Shown piece after piece: positions 51,192-59,798 of a stretch of 64,000 nucleotides of DNA. Both the position numbers and the translations under genes were made by a program. The notes below the pieces were generated by a model. That model had not been told where the DNA came from. It saw nothing but the letters and a program-made list of their open reading frames with translations, and made no database searches. Source of the stretch: Candidatus Binatia bacterium (lineage in GTDB: Bacteria > Desulfobacterota > Binatia > Bin18); contig OY761159.2 in assembly GCA_963664395.2 (NCBI GenBank), forward strand, positions 448,001 through 512,000, in the 5' to 3' direction. The stretch's first letter is position 1, and the number at the start of each line of letters is the position of its first letter.

Positions 51192-51874
51192 CCGCTATGG
51201 ACGATTGGTTTACTGCTTTCCCAATCCGTCCAGCAGCCAAAGCAGTTGAGGCCCTCTGCGAGAGTTGGCGCGTCCTGGGTGCCGTGCGGCGGCCGAATTT
51301 TCACCCTGGAACTAAAGAGCCGTACCTGACCCGAGCGCTGAAGACCCATGTAGAGCGGGTGACTGCGCACGAATATGGACTCTTGGGTATGTGGGCGACA
51401 GAAGCGGTTCAAAATGAAGTGAATTTCGATACTGGCGAGTTGATCGAGGAGCGTCGCACAGACATCGTTTATGGCTGGAACAACGAAGAGATCGGGATAC
51501 AACTCGTCTTCGAGTTTAAGAAACTCAACGGTTTGGCGCGGTCTCGGAGGCACTATCTCGGTGAGAATGGTCTTGGCCGTTTCGTCACTGGGGTCTATAG
51601 CCGGGGTCAACCAATCGCTGTGATGGTTGGCGTACTGACGGATCCAGAGGATCAGGTGGTCCCACCGTTGAGGAGCGCGCTCGCTAATACCAAGACAGTC
51701 GTTTCGCTGCGACTCCGGCTTAGACCTAACGGTAAGGCTTTTGACCGGCCTTCGCAACTTTTCTTGGAGGCCGATTTTGATACTGAACATGAAAGGGACG
51801 CTAACCTCGCGCCAAGCCACGGCACAATCCGCGTAGCGCACATTTTCCTTGTGTTCGGCTACACTACACCGTAG
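51188..51874 (+). CDS. Hypothetical protein, putative PD-(D/E)XK nuclease
   Basis: E..LT...RTDI...FEFKKL...Y..ENG..RF..G.Y; GTGA overlap with the methyltransferase stop. Confidence 0.6.
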   Translation: MTAMDDWFTAFPIRPAAKAVEALCESWRVLGAVRRPNFHPGTKEPYLTRALKTHVERVTAHEYGLLGMWATEAVQNEVNFDTGELIEERRTDIVYGWNNEEIGIQLVFEFKKLNGLARSRRHYLGENGLGRFVTGVYSRGQPIAVMVGVLTDPEDQVVPPLRSALANTKTVVSLRLRLRPNGKAFDRPSQLFLEADFDTEHERDANLAPSHGTIRVAHIFLVFGYTTP

Positions 51875-51966
51875 GTGGAGAATCGTACTCAGCCTGCACA
51901 ATGAGCAGCGTACCTCAGCAAGTTCAGCGGAGCGCTTATTTCCCCAACCCGAGAGTGCAATAGGTA

Positions 51967-51993
51967 TATAATTCCCCATGCCTATATGAGGAG
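51967..51993 (+). promoter_or_regulatory. Putative -10 box and RBS for the intact maoC-like gene
   Basis: TATAAT at 51967-51972, GAGGAG at 51988-51993. Confidence 0.45.
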
Positions 51994-52004
51994 CATGACA
52001 CCCC

Positions 52005-52460
52005 ATGGTCAAAACAACCTATTTCGAAGAGTACAAACTCGGCGTGTCTCGCGAGACCTTGGGCCGGACGATTACCGAGAGCGATATTGTCACCCATGCC
52101 GGACAAACCGGGGACTTTTTTCCGCACCATGTGGACGCCGAGTGGTCCAAGACCAATGAGTTTGGCCAACGCATTGCCCACGGCACGCTGATTCTCAGTA
52201 TTGGTGCCGGGATGACGGCCACGGAGATCAATCCGGTCTCATTTTCCTATGGCTACGACCGCGTCCGTTTTATCCGCCCGGTTTTTATTGGCGACACGAT
52301 CCACGTCCGCCTCACGGTCAAAGATAAGCGCGATTATCCCCGCCGGACCACCCACGGCGTGCTGGTTGACCTGCTCGAAGTCATTAACCAGGACGGCCAC
52401 GTCGTGCTGGCCTGTGAGCATCTGTCCCTGGTAGAGCGCAAGACACCCCAAGAAAGCTGA
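52005..52460 (+). CDS. MaoC family (hotdog-fold) dehydratase
   Basis: [34 protein letters not shown]. Confidence 0.93.
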   Translation: MVKTTYFEEYKLGVSRETLGRTITESDIVTHAGQTGDFFPHHVDAEWSKTNEFGQRIAHGTLILSIGAGMTATEINPVSFSYGYDRVRFIRPVFIGDTIHVRLTVKDKRDYPRRTTHGVLVDLLEVINQDGHVVLACEHLSLVERKTPQES

Positions 52461-52716
52461 TAGAATCACGGGCCTCTTGTCGTCACAGCTCCATATGGTC
52501 GGTTCCCTCACTCCACGTCCGCAATGACAAAATTCTGCTGATTCTGTTGCCACTCCAGGGTGACCGTCTCGCCTGGCATTAGGACAGTCCCTTTCAATTC
52601 ACCCGAAGATGCTGCCCGCCGGGTGGCTCGACCTTGCCCTAGCCATCCCTTGATTCTCACGAGTTCGGCAACAATAATGACTGGTTAGAATGATCGTGAT
52701 TTAAGGACACAAGTCC

Positions 52717-52839
52717 ATGCAGTTCGGCGTCTTTTATCAGTTACCCTGCGCTCCGGGGCAGTCTGTTCCGCAACGCTATCGGGAGACGTTCGAGCAGATT
52801 GTCTACGCGGACCAGTTGGGTTTTGACTCCGCGTGATTG
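52717..52839 (+). pseudogene. Truncated 5' copy (41 codons) of the LLM gene at 54948
   Basis: 9 mismatches in 123 nt vs 54948-55070; TGG->TGA at codon 40. Confidence 0.92.
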
Positions 52840-52943
52840 CTTCAGGTCGCCTCAAGGCTGAGGAGGCTCCCTTTCATCTGCCGATCTTGGCTCTTCTTGC
52901 GCTCTTGCTTGCAGTCTCACAGCAGCAGGCATACACAACAGCT

Positions 52944-54452
52944 ATGCCTGCTGCGTCTGCTGAATTTCTTCGAGCTGTTCAGGCTGCCCTGGGAAACGGA
53001 GCAGTCTCTACGGGAGAAGAGACGTTGACACATTATAGCCGGAACCGTCTGCCTGGAGGCGACCGCCGTCCCTCCGGCGTCGTCTACCCTGGTTCAACGG
53101 CTGAGGTCCAAACGATTGTCCGGCTTGCGAATGAGTTCCGGACCCCCCTGTACAGTATCAGCACAGGTGAGAATAGCGGGCTGGGCTTGAAGAGTCCCTT
53201 TCAAGAGGGCTGTGTTATCGTCGATGTCGGCAAACGTATAAACCGTATTCTCGAAATCGACGAAACCTTATGCTTTGCCGAGATTGAGCCAGGGGCAAGC
53301 TATCAACACCTCTACGACGCCCTGGGCCAACGGGGTCACACACTTATGATGGACACAACGTCGGGTCCACCAGAAGGCGGTATTGTTGGCAACACCCTTG
53401 ATAAAGGCGCCGGCTATACCCCCTACTTTGATCATTTTGGGATGAGCTGTGGTTTGGAAGTCGTGCTGGGTGATGGGCGGATTCTCCGAACGGCCGACGG
53501 AGCTTTGCCCGGAGCGAAGACCTGGCATGTCGCAAAGTATGGCTATGGCCCGTATCTGGATGGGTTATTTCTCCAGTCTAATTTCGGCATTGTCACCCGA
53601 CTCGGCGTGTGGCTCATGCCACGCCCGCCGGCGATTCGGTCCTTTTTCTTCCTCTTTCCGGATGACGAAGATTTTGGGGATATCATCGAACTCGTCCGTC
53701 CACTCAAGCTGAACAATGTGGTTCCTTCGCTCATCAAGGTCACGAGCGATCTGTATGGCATCGGGACGGTCGCCAGCTATCCTTTTGAGCGGACGGGAGG
53801 GAAGACGCCACTTCCGGATGATATCCGCCGGCAGCTCCAAAATGAGTATGGCGTTGGTGCCTGGTGTGTGTCAGGCGCGTTTTACGGTGCGTCAGATGAA
53901 GCGCTTGAGCCCATGCTTGCGCGCGTGCAAGCCCATTTCGGACAGTCTGGCAAAGCGCGTTATATTGCTCATGAAGAAGCGCAGGAGCAGGCGCTCCTCA
54001 AGATTCATAGCGATACATTCAGCGGCCATCCCACGCGAGAGGAACTCGGACTGCTCAACTGGCGGCCGGGCGGTGGGGCGTGTTGGTTTCTTCCGGCTAT
54101 GCCTATGATTGGGAGTATCGCCAACGAACACCAAGCCTTGTCCCGCCGTATTCTGCACAAGCATGGCTTCGAGTACATCACCGAATACGTCTGTGGACCA
54201 CGCCTGAGCCGGGCATTGCATATCATTATCTTTAATCGCCAAGACCCTGAGGAATGCCAACGTATGAGTCGCTGTTACCGAGAGCTGCTGACGGCGTATA
54301 CGGAGGCGGGCTATCCGGTTTCACGCGCCCCGCTCGATTTTCAGGCGGAAGCCATGCAGCGGCTCGAAACCTTTCCGCAGGTGTGCTCGGACCTCAAAAA
54401 AGCCTTGGACCCCAATGGCATTCTCTCACCGGGGAAGTACGGTATTCGGTAG
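52944..54452 (+). CDS. VAO/PCMH-family FAD-binding oxidoreductase
   Basis: YSISTGEN, EIEPG, GNTLDKGAGYTPY, GYGPYLDGLFLQSNFGIVT, DPNGILSPGK. Confidence 0.9.
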   Translation: MPAASAEFLRAVQAALGNGAVSTGEETLTHYSRNRLPGGDRRPSGVVYPGSTAEVQTIVRLANEFRTPLYSISTGENSGLGLKSPFQEGCVIVDVGKRINRILEIDETLCFAEIEPGASYQHLYDALGQRGHTLMMDTTSGPPEGGIVGNTLDKGAGYTPYFDHFGMSCGLEVVLGDGRILRTADGALPGAKTWHVAKYGYGPYLDGLFLQSNFGIVTRLGVWLMPRPPAIRSFFFLFPDDEDFGDIIELVRPLKLNNVVPSLIKVTSDLYGIGTVASYPFERTGGKTPLPDDIRRQLQNEYGVGAWCVSGAFYGASDEALEPMLARVQAHFGQSGKARYIAHEEAQEQALLKIHSDTFSGHPTREELGLLNWRPGGGACWFLPAMPMIGSIANEHQALSRRILHKHGFEYITEYVCGPRLSRALHIIIFNRQDPEECQRMSRCYRELLTAYTEAGYPVSRAPLDFQAEAMQRLETFPQVCSDLKKALDPNGILSPGKYGIR

Positions 54453-54467
54453 AACGAGGAGGGCGGC

Positions 54468-54902
54468 ATGTCGGCGCAAGAGAATCTGAGACTCTGGAAT
54501 GACCATATTCGTGGCGAATTCATGGTCAAAGACGAGGACCTGTCGCTGTCCACAATGGGAGAGGACGCTTCGGTCCTGACCGTGCCAACCGGCTGGGGTG
54601 GCAAAGGCAAGACTGAGCTGAGGCCCCTCTACCGGGACGAGTTCATTCCCTCGATCCCGCCCTCGTGGACCCACACCACAACCAATCAAGCCGTAACGGA
54701 TGACTATATTGTCGAAGAGGCCCACATCCAGCTCATCCATACTCAGCAGATGGATTGGTTTCTGCCTGGCATTCCACCGACCGATAAGCCTATCGAGTTT
54801 GACATTGTCCTGATCGTGCAATTCCGTGCCGGCAAAATGTCGGCTGAGCGCATTTATTGGGATCAAGCCACTGTCCTCCGGCAGATTGGACAGCTAGATT
54901 AG
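54468..54902 (+). CDS. SnoaL-like ester cyclase family protein
   Basis: W..H...EF, VPTGWGG, DWFLPGIPPT, ERIYWDQATVL. Confidence 0.88.
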   Translation: MSAQENLRLWNDHIRGEFMVKDEDLSLSTMGEDASVLTVPTGWGGKGKTELRPLYRDEFIPSIPPSWTHTTTNQAVTDDYIVEEAHIQLIHTQQMDWFLPGIPPTDKPIEFDIVLIVQFRAGKMSAERIYWDQATVLRQIGQLD

Positions 54903-54947
54903 ACCTTCGGACGACCAAGACATCATTCAAAGGAAGTACACGCACTC

Positions 54948-55922
54948 ATGCAGTTCGGCGTCTTTTATCAGTTACCCTGCGCCCCTGGGCAGTCTGTTCC
55001 GCAACGCTATCAGGAGACTTTCGAGCAGATTGTCTACGCGGACCGGTTGGGTTTTGACTCAGCCTGGCTGGCGGAGGCCCATTTTGACGCCGGCTTTTCC
55101 ACCATGCCGGCCCCGCTGGTTGTTGCCGCGGCGCTGTCGGGGCGCACCGAGCGTATCCGCCTGGGTATTGGCGTCAGCCAACTCCCGCTGCACAATCCGG
55201 TCAGCGTGGCGGAGCAGGCCGCAACCGTTGATATTGTCAGCGGCGGCAGGCTGGACTTCGGCATCGGGCGGGGGACGTGGAATCACAATTTCGCCGGTTT
55301 TGGTATTCCGTGGGAAGAACGCACCACCCGACTGGAAGAAGCGGTTGATATCCTGGAACAAGCTTGGACCGACGCCCCGCTCACCTACCACGGCCGGCAC
55401 TATCAGTTCGAGTCCGTCAACGTCGTTCCCAAGCCGCTTCAGCAGCCCGGCCCGCCGCTGCATATCGCGGCCAATAGTCCGGACACGGCCGAGTTTGCCG
55501 GTCGGCGCGGCTTACGCCTGTTGATGGCCGCGCCTATTCATCCCTGGCCGGACGATTTTCTGACGCATCTCGGGCTGTACCGTGATTCGGCGGCCAAACG
55601 GACCGCGGGGAATGCGCAGGTGTCGGCCGTATTTTTTGTCTTTACGGCTCAGAATCGTGCCGCGGTGCGCAGTCAGATGGCCGACAGCTTTGCCCGTCAC
55701 CCGATAGGCCAGCGCACCACATATGAGACTGCGCAAGAGAACATGGCCATATTCGGCAACCCGCAGGAGTGCATAGACCGGATTGCAGAGGTGCAGCAAC
55801 GGGCCAGATTGGATTCCCTGATCTGTTCCTTCAACCCCGGCGGAACCGTTCTCCACGAGCACGTGAAGGTGGCGATGCAGCGCTTTGCGGAAGAGGTGCT
55901 GCCAAGCGTACGCGACCTGTAG
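54948..55922 (+). CDS. LLM-class flavin-dependent oxidoreductase
   Basis: GFDSAWLAEAHF, VAEQAATVDIVSGGRLDFGIGRG, PKPLQQP. Confidence 0.92.
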   Translation: MQFGVFYQLPCAPGQSVPQRYQETFEQIVYADRLGFDSAWLAEAHFDAGFSTMPAPLVVAAALSGRTERIRLGIGVSQLPLHNPVSVAEQAATVDIVSGGRLDFGIGRGTWNHNFAGFGIPWEERTTRLEEAVDILEQAWTDAPLTYHGRHYQFESVNVVPKPLQQPGPPLHIAANSPDTAEFAGRRGLRLLMAAPIHPWPDDFLTHLGLYRDSAAKRTAGNAQVSAVFFVFTAQNRAAVRSQMADSFARHPIGQRTTYETAQENMAIFGNPQECIDRIAEVQQRARLDSLICSFNPGGTVLHEHVKVAMQRFAEEVLPSVRDL

Positions 55923-55946
55923 TCGGCTTATCGGCCGGCGCTCCTT

Positions 55947-56109
55947 TCAACTAGCCCGGCTCACGAAGAAGATCGAAGCGGGCGAGCCGGTCCGCGGATG
56001 GACCGGCTCGCGGCATTCTAGGATATCGAAACCACTGTCTCGGAGGAGGCGAACCCAGGACTCCACCGTACGGAAATACCAGGGAGCCGGGTCCATAAAC
56101 TCCGGCCCC
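55947..56109 (-). pseudogene. C-terminal remnant of a SAM methyltransferase-like gene
   Basis: DPAPWYFRTVESWVRLL..SGF....REPVHP.TG.PASIFF; 5' side abuts a REP element. Confidence 0.6.
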
Positions 56110-56160
56110 CTTCGACTTCGCTCCGCTCTGCTCAGGGCAGGCTTCGACAAGCTCAGGGCC
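56110..56160. repeat. REP-like CTTCGAC(N)GCTCAGG tandem units
   Basis: cttcgacttcgctccgctctgctcagggcaggcttcgacaagctcagggc; related unit near 33486. Confidence 0.65.
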
Positions 56161-56240
56161 ACCCCTCCAAGGACGTATGATGCAAATACCGTGTGACAGC
56201 ATACGTCGAAAACGAGGGCGGGAGGTGCCGGAGCCAGCGG

Positions 56241-56333
56241 AACCCACCCCGTCCCTTCGGGCCACCCCTCCCGAGAGGGAAGTTTTTCCTATCCCCTCTC
56301 GGGAGGGGTGGCGCATCAGCGGTGGGGTGGGTT
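56241..56333. repeat. Inverted pair of REP-like units, same family as 9559-9651
   Basis: aacccacccc..cacccctcccgagaggga / tcccctctcgggaggggtg..ggggtgggtt. Confidence 0.75.
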
Positions 56334-56488
56334 GTCCCCGGCTCGGCGGCCACCGCGCGTCAGACAAGCGCAGGTTCCTGGGAAGGTGCATCACACGTCC
56401 CCGTGAGGGCCAGGGAGGGGAGCACTGCGCTGGCAGAGGGAAAGGTGAAGCTGAGACACGACTCGAGCCTCCCATAATTTGGCATGAG

Positions 56489-56905
56489 TTAAAGTGACTC
56501 CGACATTCCATCCACTTTTGGCACATCCGGATGCATGACATCCCACGGCTGAGCACTGGCCACATAAATATCCCGCTGGGGTTGATACCAGCTCGGATCG
56601 TCAAGACTGCCCGCGTACAGGACCCTGAAGTCCGGCGCGGCGGCGTTCGTTAAGAGGACGGGAGAGCCACAGGAAGGGCAGAACCCACGACCCATGGTGT
56701 GGCCGCGGTCGGCCTGCTTCTCAAACCAGGCAAGCTCGCCCGTGAGAGAAAAGTCAGATTGTTTGACGATGACCGCCGCAAAATAGGCGCTGCCGGTTCC
56801 ACGTTGGCAGTCCCGGCAATGACAATTCCCCATATAGAGCGGTTCGGCGGCACAGCTATAGCGGATCGCGCCGCACGCACAGCCACCGGAAAACGGAACC
56901 TTCAT
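56489..56905 (-). CDS. GFA (glutathione-dependent formaldehyde-activating) family protein
   Basis: GGCACGAIRY, CHCRDCQR, FCPSCGS. Confidence 0.92.
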   Translation of the reverse strand: MKVPFSGGCACGAIRYSCAAEPLYMGNCHCRDCQRGTGSAYFAAVIVKQSDFSLTGELAWFEKQADRGHTMGRGFCPSCGSPVLLTNAAAPDFRVLYAGSLDDPSWYQPQRDIYVASAQPWDVMHPDVPKVDGMSESL

Positions 56906-56925
56906 ATTCAACCTCCTTCTCAAAA

Positions 56926-58095
56926 CTACATTTCTGCAAGCGCAACTGCCGGCTGAAGTTCTTTCAGGCGCGGATAGACTTCCTGAGCAAAGAGTTTCAT
57001 GCCTGTGACCGTCTCTTGATGGTCAAGGAAGCCGGCCTGGCCCATCAGCAGGAGTTGACCAAAGCCGCCCACGTGTTCGTAAAACTTGACGATCTGCCGG
57101 TAGACGGAATCCGGGTTGCCGGCAAAGACCAGCCCGTGTTCCATAAAGCTCTCCAGCTTCGGGTTCTGGAACATCTTGAACACGCCCGAGGCCGGTCCTT
57201 TCATCGCCTCGGCCATCGCCGGCGGCGGATGATAGCCCGGCGGGCTGGTGAACTGGAACGGCACTTTATTGGCCTCTACATACCACATCAGCTTGCGCGC
57301 CCCGGCATAGCCTTCTTCATCCGTCTCACCCGTATACACCAGGGCGGCATAGGCAAAACGATCCAGGCCGGCAGCCGGCAGGCCGAGTTCGGCCCGGCGC
57401 GTACGATAGGCGTCAAACACCCGCTTTGACCCATCGAAGCCGGTCAAAAAGCAGGCCACGATATTACCGCGCTCACCAACCGTCTGGGCAGAGCCCGGAC
57501 TGAGCGCCGTGATCCAGACGGGCGGATGTGGCTCCTGATAGGGTCGGGGCCAGATATTGACCTGACGGTGATGGAAGTATTTACCTTCCCAGTTGAACGG
57601 CCCATCGTGACTCGTCCAGGCCTTGAGGATCAAGTCATACGCCTCCCAGAAGCGCTCCATCATGCGCGTGGGTCGATGGTTGCCGGCCGACATTTCATAC
57701 GGCACACCGCGCACAAAGCCGACCTCCAGACGGCCGCGCGAGTAGACATCGACCATGGCCATTTCTTCCGCCACGCGCACGGGCTCACGCCGGTTGGCAA
57801 TCGGGTTGCCGAGAATCAGCAGCCGGGCCGTTTTGGTTTCACGGGCGAGGATGCCCATGATGACGGGGCCGGCCGGGTTGAGATTGGTCGCGGTCTGATG
57901 GTGCTCGTTCACCATGATGTCGAGCCCCAGTTCCTCGGCAATGAGCCATTCATCGATAAAGCGGTGATACAGGTCGGCGCCGATTTTCGGATCGTAGTAG
58001 CGATTGGGGAGGGTGACGCGGATCGAGTCGTACTCTTTCGCATCGGGCAGGAGATGATAGGCGTTTTCGCTGAAATGCCAGACGCGCATGGGCAC
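56926..58095 (-). CDS. LLM-class flavin-dependent oxidoreductase
   Basis: VNEHHQT, RVAEEMAMVD..SRGRL, WPRPYQEPHPP. Confidence 0.92.
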   Translation of the reverse strand: MPMRVWHFSENAYHLLPDAKEYDSIRVTLPNRYYDPKIGADLYHRFIDEWLIAEELGLDIMVNEHHQTATNLNPAGPVIMGILARETKTARLLILGNPIANRREPVRVAEEMAMVDVYSRGRLEVGFVRGVPYEMSAGNHRPTRMMERFWEAYDLILKAWTSHDGPFNWEGKYFHHRQVNIWPRPYQEPHPPVWITALSPGSAQTVGERGNIVACFLTGFDGSKRVFDAYRTRRAELGLPAAGLDRFAYAALVYTGETDEEGYAGARKLMWYVEANKVPFQFTSPPGYHPPPAMAEAMKGPASGVFKMFQNPKLESFMEHGLVFAGNPDSVYRQIVKFYEHVGGFGQLLLMGQAGFLDHQETVTGMKLFAQEVYPRLKELQPAVALAEM

Positions 58096-58106
58096 GGCTC
58101 CTTTAT

Positions 58107-58898
58107 CTATACTGAGGCAAGAAACGCTCCGACCCGCTCGGCGAAGACCTCCGGCTGTTCCAGGTGCGGCCAGTGTCCGGCTTGGTCAATGACGGTGAAC
58201 TGCGCACCGGGAATAGCGTCACGATAGGCCGTGCCATAATAGTCGGGGGTCACAAAACGATCCCTCGCCCCCCAGACGAGCAGCGTCGGAAGAGCGACCC
58301 GATACAAGCGCTGGCGCAACTTGGGATTATGGAAATACGGCTCCCAGGCATACAGGGCGGTCGCTTCCCGGTTGCGGGCAATCGCGGTGAGCTCAAGATC
58401 GGACAGGCTGGCGTAATCGACCGCGGCCCGAGCCGGATCGTGGTATTGCAGCCGGGTGACCTCTTCCGGCGGCAGGGCGAAAATATCCGGGATGTCGCGC
58501 GTCTCCCGGTCACCGACCTTGATACCGAGCGGCGCAACCAGGACCAGTTGGCCGAGACGAGCCGTAGACTTGACCGCCATTTCGGCGGCTATCCAGCCAC
58601 CGAGCGAGCAGCCGATGACGACCACCTCGCGGAGATCAGACTCGTCGAGCAGGTCGAGATAGAGATAGGCCAGGTCATCCACCGTGTCGATATCGGCCGC
58701 ATCGGGTGCCTGGTCAAAGCCGGGATGGGTCGGCAGGATCACCCGGCCCTGCTTGGCCAGCAGAGAAAAAAACGGGGCCTGGGGACACGGCCCATCTTCG
58801 CCGTGTAAGACCAGTATCGGGCGGCCCTGTCCCTGCTCATATACGTCAAGTTGCACGCCGTGCAGCGTCAACCGGCGCGACTGGATGGTAGGACTCAT
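58107..58898 (-). CDS. Alpha/beta fold hydrolase
   Basis: GCSLGG nucleophile elbow, WGARD, GHWPHLEQP. Confidence 0.9.
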   Translation of the reverse strand: MSPTIQSRRLTLHGVQLDVYEQGQGRPILVLHGEDGPCPQAPFFSLLAKQGRVILPTHPGFDQAPDAADIDTVDDLAYLYLDLLDESDLREVVVIGCSLGGWIAAEMAVKSTARLGQLVLVAPLGIKVGDRETRDIPDIFALPPEEVTRLQYHDPARAAVDYASLSDLELTAIARNREATALYAWEPYFHNPKLRQRLYRVALPTLLVWGARDRFVTPDYYGTAYRDAIPGAQFTVIDQAGHWPHLEQPEVFAERVGAFLASV

Positions 58899-59010
58899 GC
58901 TTCACCTGTGTCTGGGGGAACTGTACGGGGGCGGGAGCAGCTTGTGAAGTCCCACCTTCCGTATGCGGTAGATATATTGCCCCATGCGGAAGTCCGAGTC
59001 CGACCTCCTG

Positions 59011-59763
59011 TTATTGTCCGTCTGAGGCGGCGCTCCCAGGAATGTTGCCGGGGGCGTCGGCCACACACATGCCCACATCCGCCGCAAAGCCGTAGGCCGC
59101 CCCGACAGCTTCCACGCACGTCAGCTCGCTTTGACATTCACTGTCGCTGTCACAGTCCCCTTGCCCCGCACTGCACGGTCCCATGACTTGGCAGTAATCA
59201 TCGTGTCCAGGGGACAGCACCGGGCGGTCCGTCTTGCGTGTTTTGTAGTACCACCCGCTAAAACGGACCCATAATTCGTTCGTCCCGATGATCTCTAAGT
59301 ACTTCGAGGGACCGCTGCCACCCGGCTTATAAATTTCGATGATTTCATCTCCGGTGGCGTCCCCTTGATACCCCAAATAAAAACTGCTCCACCGCCTCCC
59401 ACGAGACGGCACATTCCCTTCCGGTTGGAAGGGATAGTACCACACCGTATAGGTCGGATTCTCGATCCGTAAACCCGAGGGATATCGAAACAAGGAGGCC
59501 GTCACAATCAGTTCCTGCCCCACCCATGCCTGGGCCTCAGCCGCCGTGGTAGCGCCGCCCCGGTACTTGTCCGCCTCATAAATCTCATACCGCCCGTAGA
59601 GCGGGTTCAGGTCCTTATCCGTCACTTCATACGGCGGAGTGTACTCCTGGACCCGTGTCCGTGTTTGCCCCGCAGCACTCCCCCCCACGAGCAATAACAG
59701 AACAACGCAGAGGAGTTTTACGGTCCAGCGCAGATACAACAATCGCTTCACACCGCTCAGCAT
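59011..59763 (-). CDS. Secreted hypothetical protein with C-terminal six-Cys module
   Basis: Signal-like LLCVVLLLLVGGSAAG; YCQVMGPCSAGQGDCDSDSECQSELTC...MC. Confidence 0.7.
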   Translation of the reverse strand: MLSGVKRLLYLRWTVKLLCVVLLLLVGGSAAGQTRTRVQEYTPPYEVTDKDLNPLYGRYEIYEADKYRGGATTAAEAQAWVGQELIVTASLFRYPSGLRIENPTYTVWYYPFQPEGNVPSRGRRWSSFYLGYQGDATGDEIIEIYKPGGSGPSKYLEIIGTNELWVRFSGWYYKTRKTDRPVLSPGHDDYCQVMGPCSAGQGDCDSDSECQSELTCVEAVGAAYGFAADVGMCVADAPGNIPGSAASDGQ

Positions 59764-59798
59764 GGGCTGCACCTCCTCACCGCAATCGAGCCTTCTGC

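Larger units (their letters stand above)
47107..52138. mobile_element. Integrase-less inserted cassette bounded by direct repeats (repeat spacing 4880 bp)
   Basis: Flanking maoC 5' duplication; cargo is HTH + methyltransferase + putative nuclease, unrelated to flanking genes. Confidence 0.75.

Noticed and set aside
47107-52138. Integron cassette array or prophage
   Set aside because: No attC-like sites, intI, integrase or phage genes; the boundaries are gene-derived repeats
52508-52680. Start-less minus-strand frame ending ...PGETVTLEWQQNQQNFVIADVE
   Set aside because: May be another gene remnant, but no family is recognisable
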